DNA of 38,637 nt from the NCBI GenBank assembly GCA_025603075.1, contig MU626441.1, forward strand, positions 1-38,637, in the 5' to 3' direction. This stretch comes from Neoconidiobolus thromboides FSU 785 (lineage: Eukaryota > Fungi > Entomophthoromycota). The notes under the pieces are model-generated. The model was not told where the DNA came from. It ran no database searches and was given only the letters and a program-made list of their open reading frames with translations. The position numbers and the translations under genes were made by a program. Below, piece after piece: positions 24,305-34,952 of this stretch (position 1 is the stretch's first letter; every line of letters starts with the position of its first letter).

Positions 24305-24954
24305 GCTAAAAATAAGTAAAAATTCAAAGTTAAAAGTGAATAAATATATATTTTTTCAAAAAAATCGAAAGGGGAAATTTATTAAACTTATGATTTTCTT
24401 ACAGTTAAGTAAATCTACATATATTTTATAGCATATAGTATAATATAATGATAGCTTAGTATAATATTTCAGCAGACAGTAAATCATAAATTGAAACATT
24501 TTCAGCAGGATGAAAGTTACTATAAAAAAGTTGACCTTTAAGTCTAATTTCATTCATATTACTTTGATTATGTTCATTACTATACTTACAAAGGCGTTTC
24601 ATATTATGCTATTTCATAAATAATCATAGCTTCTTATATGAAAAAAGCAATCTAGTTATTAGTTCTAACAATTGTTTTTATTTCTAAAACTAAAATTGAT
24701 TACAATTGTAATTCTTTGATGTCACAGTTCTGTGTCTTCACCACTAGTTACCCATCGAGAAAACGATAATTGTTTGTAAAAAAATATTATGAATAGCTTT
24801 AATTTATACAATGAAGAATTAGAGGTGAGGGTCTAGAATTGTAATATCGAATTATTTTTACTTCCAGGTAATTCTTGTTCTTGAATATAGAGATTATCTA
24901 CTATTCTAACCACTAACCGTTTTATTTTTTATTCAATTATCAAAGTTATTTATG

Positions 24955-25000
24955 AAATGCTCTTATATCTTCATCAATTGTTAATTATAATCCATTATTC
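24955..25000 (-). pseudogene. Degenerate duplicated fragment of JIP5 exon 1
   Basis: ATCTTCATCAATTGTTAATT at 24967-24986 is identical to 22325-22344 in JIP5 exon 1; it reads GL*LTIDED versus ELQLTIDED. Confidence 0.6.
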
Positions 25001-25505
25001 CTTATAGCTATCGCAACCCTTTTGTGACTTTTCTAGTGTGAATTTTTTAGCGAAATAATTTACATAGCCAATTTTTTAAAACCCAATCTTTGTATTTTAG
25101 TCATATTTTACTCTTAAATTGAATAGTTAATTAAGTTATAGTGACGTTAAAGCAGTTTGTATTACTTTCTATTATTATTTCTAATGAAATGGAATTATTC
25201 ATTTTTTAGCTGTAAAGAATAAATAAAGGTTCTTTTAAAATGAGCTTGAAAAATTGCATAAAATTGAGTTTAAAAAAATTCTTGAAAGGGCTGAGTTTGA
25301 AATTTTTGCTACTTCTGTGCTAAGTTGACAAAATTTACTTTTATTCTTTTAGAAGGGCTTGATATTTTGAAACGGCTACTCTGTCTTATAAAAAGTAATA
25401 ACGTGAACAATAGGATACAAAAGGAAATTAGAAATAGGTATTTCTATTTCAATTAAAAATAGCCATTTGATAATAAATTTTATCTAGCTGATAAATTATA
25501 ACTTG

Positions 25506-27162
25506 ATGAAAAGAGAAGACCGAGACATAACTAAATATAATCAAAACCGAATCAAAAAAGGCGAAAGCGACAACAATGAATATAATGATGAAGAAATAAC
25601 ATCAGCTAAATTTAAAAAGTTGGAGATCAAAGTAAGAGAGTTTGAAAAATTAGTGTTAGAAGGTATAAAGGTAGATCTGGTAAAGGGTTTAAATAACAAA
25701 GTTGGATTACAATCACGTGGGGTTGATCTATGTATGCCAGTAATAAACTTACAAAAAAATCCTTTTAGGAATAAAGAGCAAGAACAATTTATAGATTTAC
25801 TCGTGGAAATCTTTTTAAAATATCTTAATAATAATGTTGTATTTATAAACACCTTAAAAATTAGAAGTTTGATAAAAGAAGGTAAAAGAGATTCACCTAT
25901 AATTATTGCTTGTTGTTCAATATCTTTTCCGTTTTCAACAAATTTAACTTTTGGAAAGTGTTTATTATTTGAAGATAATCATTTTTATTTTCAACTTAAA
26001 AGGATAGCTGAAGACCTGAGTTCAAAAGATTATTTGTTCAATTCTTTTTTGTTTCATTTATGTTATTTAACTGAGTTTAACCAGGGATATAATGACATTG
26101 CTTTTAAATCATGCGGTAAGATGCTTGTTTTATTTTATATTCATTAGGTCTGATTGTCATTTTTAGTCAAAGGAATAAAGTAATACATCAATTAGTCTAA
26201 TTTAGTTGACTTATTGTATTAGGTTAATGCACGCCTCAGGACTTGTTGATGAAATTGATAGCGAAACCCTTTTAAAAAATAAAGATGATTTTACATTGGA
26301 TCGCGGTTTACTATGGAATTACTGGATCGACTGTGAGCTTATTGGTGTAAAAGATCATGAGAGGTATATATTACATAAACCGATCCATCTGAATCTCATC
26401 TCATCTTTAATTGGTTTAAAATTTTTTACAGATGGCAACAAGGTAATTTTGGAATTCCAATCACCAGTATATTAACTAACTGTTATTTAGCCAGTTGAAA
26501 ATGAAGTCAAAAAGCTCAAACTGTTATATATTTATAACTTCGAAACATTCCGCTTTATCTCAAGCCTTCAATTTACTATTGCAAAAGGTATAATTATATC
26601 TGATCAAGTTGTTCAACAAAGTCATCAAGTTTATAGTTCAATGTATAAAATGCATTTAAGAAATCGAAGCTGGTTTCAAAAAATCAAAGCAAGAATGGAT
26701 TCACCACTATTGAAACATCCGCTTTTTTATCAAATTACACCTCAGCTTTTATTAAATATAGCCCAAATCTTTCTCTTTACACAAAGTCTAAGTTATGCTG
26801 AAAAAGCCTATAGTTTAGATTTTAGAGTATCTAAAGAATATCCTTCAATCAAAGAAATAGCATTTGAACTTTTAGGGATTTTGGATGATTTGAAACAATT
26901 TTCGAAAATTAAAGAGCCCCATATTCCACCAGGTGCTTTCTTATACACTAGTGTTATTTATGCAATTTCTTTTTACTATGGTTGCAGTGTTTTCGTACGT
27001 GATTATACTCCTGAAGGTAGTTTACTGTTCCTAAGGGCCCTAGAAGTCTTACGAACTATTTCTAATTATTATGGTACAGTTGATTATTGGATCTTAATGC
27101 TATTGAAAGAAAGAAAGGATAATCAATCTTATTATTCGCCTCCCTTATCGAATAAAAATTAA
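25506..27162 (+). CDS. Fungal_trans-like protein, paralog 2 (4 exons, including a 13-nt micro-exon at 26167-26179)
   Basis: Collinear paralog of 22736-24304. Introns 26116-26166, 26180-26222 and 26443-26490. Probable 5'UTR intron at 25438-25487. Confidence 0.7.
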
Positions 27163-27281
27163 GTGTGGATTAAAAGTAATATTCATCGTACATTAAAAGT
27201 GAATAAAAGCTTTTTTGAAAATAATTCTTAAAATAGAAAAATTTTAATTCATACTTCACTTTTTTTTGAAGTTAAATTTCA

Positions 27282-27933
27282 ATGAATTCCCCTTATAATC
27301 AACTTCCATTATCTAATTTGACTCAAAATGGACATATTTTGGTATATCAATATGAGAGAATATAAATTATATAAAAATATTAACTTGTACTTTTAGATCG
27401 TTGGACTACCAAAAAGCAATAAGACTAAATTAGCTAAATTATTGATCAAAAATACTCCATCTAACTTTAGTTTAGCAATGTAAATCAATTAAAATTTAAA
27501 TTTAAATGTAAACCTACTAATAAATTTCATTAAAAACAACAGAAGACTATGTGAATCCTTAATAGAAAACGAACAATCGCGAACTATAAGACCAAAAATT
27601 GATTTAATCATCTACATATTAGACTTACAACAGTTACGAAGCTTTACTCATTTAAAAACCGTTCTAGCCCAACTACATCCGATGTATCCATTTGGAAAGT
27701 TCATCATCTTATGCAATAATTATTCTAAAGTTTTAAAACATAGTATAGATTTGGTTGAACTGGAAAGATACTTACAAAATTATTTTGAGTTAATGACAAT
27801 TTATACCGACTTGGATGATGCGGAAAGTAGTCTACTAGTAGCAAAAAAAGTGTTTAATTTATTATGTTCTATTACTCAAAATAGTTTAGGTTCTCTATTA
27901 TTAACTAGATGTCTTAATTCAAAAATTAACTAA
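27282..27933 (+). CDS. CENPM: Centromere protein M (CENP-M) homolog, pseudo-GTPase fold, 3 exons
   Basis: Introns 27342-27396 and 27480-27542 give ...GHILIVGLPKSNKTKLAKLL...RPKIDLIIYILDL...YPFGKFIIL...KHSID...IYTDLDD. This matches human CENP-M blocks as I recall them (ILLVG, RPRIDLIVFVVNL, FFLGKVCFL, HCSIH, LYCDLE) in order and spacing. Confidence 0.8.
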
Positions 27934-28205
27934 TAAATTGTACTATATATACTTTAAAGAATATTATTATTTAAACAGCTTTGTAGTTATTTCAGGATAA
28001 GTCACTCTTTAAGCTCTCACCTACTTCAACTCCGATGATTTTAATAAATAACAAGCCCTTCCAATCTTTTGAGTTTTAAAAGACAGCTTTTGTTAGTAGC
28101 AAATTGATTTTATTCCTTCACTTTATGGTAGTAAATACTTTCCTATCTATATATTTCTAAAAGCAATCTTTAAATAGCTATTTTTTATTTATTTTATTCG
28201 ATAAT

Positions 28206-28877
28206 TTATAAAAGAGCTAAAACAAAATAAGAAGTATTAGGATCAATAGCTACTTCTTTAAGTCCATAACCATAATTAAATCCATGATTCCATGTTGGTG
28301 AGACTTTACCAATTTGTTCTGAATTTTCATGACGAATTTTACCAATCCAAAGCTAAATAAACAAATAATTGTCAATAAACCAATAACAAAACAATAAAAC
28401 AAATTAGTATTTACCTCTGTACCATTCTCTTCATTACCAGCTTCTAAAGGTACCCAACCTTGAGGTAAACACTTTCCTTTATTTTCAATCCAACGTAATT
28501 GAGTAGCATCTCCACACAATACAAAATATTCTTTAAATGAAATTTCTTTACCTAATCGAATTTCTAATAAAACCCCTTATAGTTTATAAAATAAATTTCA
28601 ACTTACCACCATAAGCAATATAAGCTCCATTTAAATGAGGAGCTACTTTACCAATATGTAATCCACCCTTATGCCATTGTCTATTGAAGAATTATATTAG
28701 TTAAATTTATTCTCCTTTCTATTTTAAATAAATAAAGGTATCGTATTGAACTATTTACCTACAAATAAATAATGGGTTACCATTTTCTTCACGTCCACCT
28801 TGTACTGCAGTTGGCGGTACCATACCACCACTGGCTTTAATCCATTGAAAACTAGGATGGGTTGCACCAAATCTCAT
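28206..28877 (-). CDS. DM9-repeat (DUF3421) protein, two repeats, 4 exons
   Basis: Introns 28681-28758, 28552-28606 and 28353-28414 give WIKASGGMVPPTAVQGGREENGNPLFICR...HIGKV...IAYGGKE...YFVL and RW...PLEAGNEENGTELWIGK...IGKV...YGYGLKE...YFVL, the DM9 consensus twice. Confidence 0.88.
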
Positions 28878-29412
28878 TTTATTATTATTGATATTTTATC
28901 ACTATTTAAAAAGATATAAATCTTGAATTTTTTGATGACTTCATTCTTTTTATACTTTTTGCCTCGGCGTTTTAGGCCTCCTAAGCATAAAATAGATTAT
29001 GAGGTCATGAAGATGAATATGTTTGGAAACTTTCTTTTGATTAATTATTGGACAGAAGGTGAAATATTAGGATATGATTTGTGAATATTTATTTTAATTT
29101 TTAAATAACTGTAAAATTCCAATTGTCATGTTTAAGTTTTATATTACATAACTAATCATTAAAAATAATATATTAGAGAACTAGGTAATGTAAAGCTTGA
29201 CTTTTTATATTATATAATACCATTTAAATTTTTTCTTATATACTAAATAACTATAATTATAAAAATAAACAATATTTAAACAATTTTATTTTAGTTTTGT
29301 TTTAAAACTGGTCTACCAAATATAGTAATAGAGCGTCTACTTGGCACTAATAATTTTATAAAAAATAACAAATAAATAACATTTTTTATTTTAATCGTTT
29401 TACATTATATTA

Positions 29413-32029
29413 ATGAGCAATCTACTAAAACTAGCTTATAAAAGAAGTCCAACAATTGAGTTAGCTTCCGCTTATCAAACGATTTATGAATTAGAAGATG
29501 AAATAATGAATCAATACCATAATGATTTAAATAGATTAGATAGACTTAGGCAAGATAGTTTTGGTACCTTCACTTTATTGAAAGATGGGAGTAGCATTGA
29601 CCATTCGGAATTATGGTTAAAGTAAGAAAAATAGTGATTGGTTTTTTATAACTGATTCATGTTGTTTTGAATAGATATTATTATGGTTTATGTATGGCCA
29701 TTCATAAGTTACCAATTGTAAGTATTATTGTTATTAAATGTTTCATTTGTTTATTTTTAGTTTAAAGTTAGTTTCAGTTGGAGCAATATAAACCAAGAGG
29801 ATGCTTATAGTAAGCAATTAAATAATAACTATAAAGTTATAAAAAATTAAAAGAAGTTAAACAGTAGAAGAAAGCAATTTATACTTTGAGCTTATCAATG
29901 TGCTATACAATATTTCAGCGTATTATTCTCATTTAGCTGAATTGGAGGATAGAAACAGTATTGAATCAATTAAAAAAAGTTGTGCTTATTTTGAAGTGAG
30001 TAGATAATATTAACAAGAATAGCAAAATTAAGAATAATTAAATTTATTAATAGTATTCAGCGGGTATTTTACAATTTTTATTGGACAGATTACATATAAA
30101 AAATGAATATCCGATACAAAATATACCTAAAGATTTAAGTTATTCAAGCTTAAGTTGTTTATTAAATTTAATATTAGCTCAAGTTCAAGAGTGTATTTGG
30201 CAAGTAGCTGTTATTGGTAATAAAAAGAATAGTGTATTAGTAAAATTAGCTGGACATGTTAGCAAGTTGTATGAATTAAGTTATATTTCAAGTATTAATG
30301 AGCAAGTGGAGAATGTTTTTGAAAAGGTAAAGAAAATTTTGATTTATTAACATTATAATAACAATAACTTTTAGACGTTTAAACATCATTTAAAAATTAA
30401 AATGTTACATTTTAAAGCAGTTGCTTATTATCGACAAGCTTTAGATTTTAATGATGTTAAAAATAAAGAGTTGGCTTATCTAAAAAAAGCAAAATTAATT
30501 GTAGAAGAAGCTAATAAATTAATAGTAGAAAATTTAAAACAAGAAATAATTGATGATTTAATAGTAAGTAATACTTATAATAATATAATAGTAATGAACC
30601 TAGTCTATTTATTAGTGTTTAACTAGAGTAATAGTATTACGAGTATCTTTTTTAATGAAACAAAAAGAATATATAACATTTGAATCTGAAATTACAATTA
30701 ATGAAGAATTAGCAACATTTAATATGGCACAAGCTAAATTACCAAAACAAATGGAAGATCTAAAAGAACTAATAATACAACTTAAAGAAAAATCAATATT
30801 TAATTATTTGAAGCCATATCTTTTGCAAAGAGCACCTGAATTGTATCAAACTAAAAAAAATGAATTTATTAATTATAATATTTTAAAACCATTGGAGTTA
30901 TGGTTGGAGCAAAATAAGAGGTAATAACAATAATATAATACATAATATATAATATATAATATATAATATATAATATATAATATCTATTTATAGTAATAAA
31001 AAAGAAGAAGATGAAGTAATTGATCTAAATTTATCTAAACAATTACTTGAAAAAATCAAAGAAATACAAGAACAAGGAGGATATGATAATCTAAAATTAA
31101 AATTTGATAATATTCAAGAATTAAGAAATCAAACTCACGATTATATTAAAAACAAATATGAAATTGTAAGTTTATTTATATATTATTATTATTATTATTA
31201 AATACTATTATTATTAAGTGTTTAAAATGGATCTCCGATAAAATTAACGGTATTCAATTAAATGAAATAAAAATTCAACAAATCGAAATGTTTAAAAAGA
31301 AACCTAAACTATTACTTATTAAATTAGAAGAAGCAATTCAATTAGACAAAAAACATTTTGAAAATTATTTAGATATTGAAAATGATTTAATCTTTTTAAA
31401 CAATTTAGTAGTAAGTTTATTTGTTTATTAATATTCAGTATGCTAGTATTAATATTTGATGTATTTGCTTCTTTCAGATTGACAATGATTGTAATAGTTT
31501 TAAATTCAAAAAAAATCAGAGTAATGAACACCAATTTAATTACAATCAAGTTGATAATAAAAAGAAAGAAATTATGGAATTTCAATTAAATGATAACTTA
31601 AACATTAATGAGTTAAAATGGAATGATAATAACAAATTTGAAATGAATGATTTAGAAAATTTAATTCAAATTGAATTAAAAAAATATTTACCTTACTTAA
31701 AGTTCATTAAAGAATTAAATCAATTTACTAATAATAAATCGAATGTAAGTTATTCATTATAACATTATGATATTTGTTAATCTTATTTTATATTCACTTC
31801 TAGCAATTTAATACTACTATCACAACTCCAAGTGGAAATTTAATTCAAGAAGCTTGTAATACTTTTGAATTATTAAATAATAATTTAAATCAAGGATTTA
31901 AAGTAAGTGTATAATATCAAATATAATATTACTCAACTAACAATTTTGATCCCTTAGTTTTATACTTTATTAAAACAACGAATGGATAAAGTAATGGAAG
32001 AATGTTCAATATTAATAAATAAGTTATAA
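29413..32029 (+). CDS. BRO1-domain/ALIX-V protein (Rim20/PalA-like), about 10 introns
   Basis: BRO1 motifs DLNRLDRLRQ, VSFSWSN, FELINVLYNISA, SCAYFEYSAGIL, LNLILAQVQEC and HFKAVAYY, then a coiled-coil V region with QEQGG and terminal FYTLLKQRMDKV...KL*. Internal exon limits only partly resolved. Confidence 0.85.
30935..30983. repeat. Intronic AT-only tandem repeat (ATATAAT-like units)
   Basis: TAATATAATACATAATATATAATATATAATATATAATATATAATATATAATAT inside the BRO1 intron starting at GTAATA (~30922). Confidence 0.85.
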
Positions 32030-32053
32030 AAATTATGAAAAATTTTATTTGAA

Positions 32054-32739
32054 TTATTTTTTGGCAAAAGTAATTTTGATTGGATGATCTTTTAAAATTG
32101 GATAATTATTTAATGTATTTTTAGCCATAGCTGCTTGCATTTCAGTTTCGTATTCTACAAATGCAATATCGCTACGAGAGGGTACTAAACGTACTTCTTT
32201 GAAACCTGGATATCTATAATAATAATAATAATTAATAAACAAGTATTATTATATATATATATATTATTATATATTATTGTTATTAACTTACTGTTTAAAT
32301 AATTCAATTAGGTTAGATTCTTCAATATCATCTGGTAAATTAGTTAAAAATAAAATCTTATTAATAACCATATGATCTGAGCTGGATTTGACTGGATTAT
32401 TAGCAACTAAAAGATTGTTAATAAATACATAATACATTGTCATTAATAATATTACTACTAGCTCCATTTAAATTATTTGTATTTTTAGTAGTTTGTGGTT
32501 TAATTGGTTGTATAAGTCTTCTTTGCTCTAATCGACGTACTAATAAAATATTATTAAATATTAATAACTTTTTTATAATGTTAAATTAACAGAATTAATT
32601 ACCCATTTTTTCTCTTCGAATTCTACGATTATCATCTAATTCGCCAGTTCTATCAGCTATTTTATCGGATCGATTATGAGAATATTGAATTAACTATAAT
32701 AAAAATTACAAATTAACAAATTTATAGAATAATAATAAC

Positions 32740-32774
<35 letters not shown>

Positions 32775-33374
32775 CCATCTCTTTATGAAATAAAGGCTTA
32801 AAACTTTCATTATCAACCGCTTTTTTAGCTGCATCAATAGTATCAAATACAACAAAAGCCTGGCCTCTCATCCTTAAATTCTTCTGAGCAATGATATCTA
32901 ATATATTTCCATATTTTTTAAACTTAGTTTCTAATGCCATTTTCAGATCTAAATAATAAAATAAACGATAGATTAGTACTCTTTATTATAATAATATTAA
33001 ATTTTAATTAAGTTACCTAATATCCTAACTTCTTCATTTAAATTACTGATATAAATCGTAAAATTAGGTTCTAAATTCAAATCCTTTTCAGGTGCTTTTT
33101 TCAAACTAGGTTTTTGAATCGTAATCACTGGGGCTGTTATATAAGGAAAAGGTAAACCTGATTGTACTGGTGGAAACATAGAAGGTGGTGGCATATTTGG
33201 TGGAAATGGAAATGGGGGCATACCAGGCATACCAGGTGGTGGCATATTTGGTGGCATACCTCCCATCATATTGGGTGGTGGGCCCATTGGAAATGGGGGA
33301 CGCATCATAGGGGGCATATTAGGCGGTATACCACGGGGTGGCATATCTGGATTTGGGTGGTCGTTTGGGTTCAT
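32054..33374 (-). CDS. U1A/U2B'' spliceosomal protein (two RRMs) with an N-terminal Pro/Met-rich extension
   Basis: RRM1 PNFTIYISNLNE...FKKYGNILDIIAQKNLRMRGQAFVVF; RRM2 NKILFLTNLP...YPGFKEVRLVPSRSDIAFVEYE...IKITFAKK*. Multiple GT-AG introns (e.g. 32949-33016, donor at 32775). Confidence 0.92.
32728..32770. repeat. Intronic (AAT)n microsatellite, one interruption
   Basis: AATAATAATAACAATAATAAT... abutting the minus-strand GTAAGT donor at 32775. Confidence 0.95.
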
Positions 33375-33573
33375 TTTTTTTGTTTTTTTTGAAGAAAATA
33401 AAATTTCTGAGTGTTTAATTTTTTTGGTAGTTTTAAGCTGGAACTAAATTAATCAATAATCATTGCAAAAAATGCCTAAGTTTAGTGTGATGTTATTTTG
33501 TGGATTTAAGAATTTAGAAAAATAAATTTAAACATTTAAAGTTTTCACTTAATTTTAGTTATTTTTTTTGAAA

Positions 33574-34866
33574 ATGATACAGATAACCCCAATAGGTAGA
33601 TTATAATAATAAAATAATTAAAGTTAAAATTGTGTAATAATAAAAACAAATTATAGGGTTTTACAAAGCACCATTAACTAAATTTATAATATTTACTATT
33701 GCAATATGTTCCGTTTTATTTAGTTTATTAAGAGTTCAACATTATTTACATTTACAATTAAAACCTCATTTATCAAAATATCATCAGGTAGAGAAATATT
33801 AAAATTAAATGATTACAACGTTATTAATACTAATATCGTTGAGTTTAGTTTTGGAGAATATTAACTAGTCAATTAGCTTATAAAAATAGTGGAGAATTAT
33901 TTATTAGTGCGTTATTATTTTATAGGTTTCGTATAATTGAACGTTTATTTGGTACTAAAAAATATTTAGTAAGTTTAATGTATTAATCAACATATTGTTT
34001 AATATTTATTAATATTTTTCTATTTTATTTAAATAGTCTTTTATGACATATTCATTTTTATTTTCAAGTTTATTTCAAGTTCTATTATTATTATTATTAG
34101 AACCCTTTAATTTTACTAGTTTACCTTCAGGTCCATACTCTTTATTGTTTTCAATTATTTTTTTATTTCATCAATTAATTCCAGTATCTTATCAAATTAA
34201 AGTATTTAAGTTTCAATTTAATGACAAACTATTAACTTATTTACTTATTTTTCAGGTAAAATTATATATTGTGTTATATTATATTGATATATGTTAATTT
34301 CTATAGTTATTAATATTGCGTTTCCCTTACTCAATATTACCCAGTTTAAGTGGAGTGCTTATTGGAGCATTATATTATTATGATACATTGGGAATTAAAG
34401 GTTGGCGATATCCAATAAGAATGACTAAATTTTTTAGTCCTTATTTTAATTATATATTAGCTTCCTCTCCATCACCAAGAAATTTAACACCATTAAGACA
34501 TTTAAGCAGTCAACAAGAACAAAGAGTAACATCTTCTGCATTATCTGGTGAAAGTGATATATTGCCACCTGGATTATCTGTTAGAGTAAGTTTAATTTAA
34601 TTTTTATAATTACTATTATTTCTATTTTGTGACTATTTAATTTAATTTTTATTTATTTCTATTTTATTTAGGATACATTTAATACATTTAATACTTCTAA
34701 TACAACAAATAATACAACTGATATTGAAAATATTGAAGTTAATAATCAAAATTTAGAATTATTACAAGCTATGTTTCCTCAATTATCAAGGGAAACAATT
34801 ATTCGATCTTTAGCTAATCATAATGGAGACATTAATGGGGCTGGTGCTGAATTACTTAGGCTTTAA
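33574..34866 (+). CDS. DSC2: Dsc2/UBAC2-like rhomboid-pseudoprotease with C-terminal CUE/UBA-like domain
   Basis: Motifs GFYKAPLTK...HLQLKPHLSKYHQ, LIERLFGTKKY, LPSGPYSLLFS, LPSLSGVLIGALY, and a C-terminal LQAMFPQLSRETIIRSLANHNGDINGAGAELL (CUE-like). Start exon MIQITPIG inferred. Confidence 0.8.
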
Positions 34867-34952
34867 AAGGAGAATTTCAATTAATTATTATAATGTTAAA
34901 TAAAAATTTAATAAAATGAAATGATATTATTAATAATTTATTTATTTTGTAC

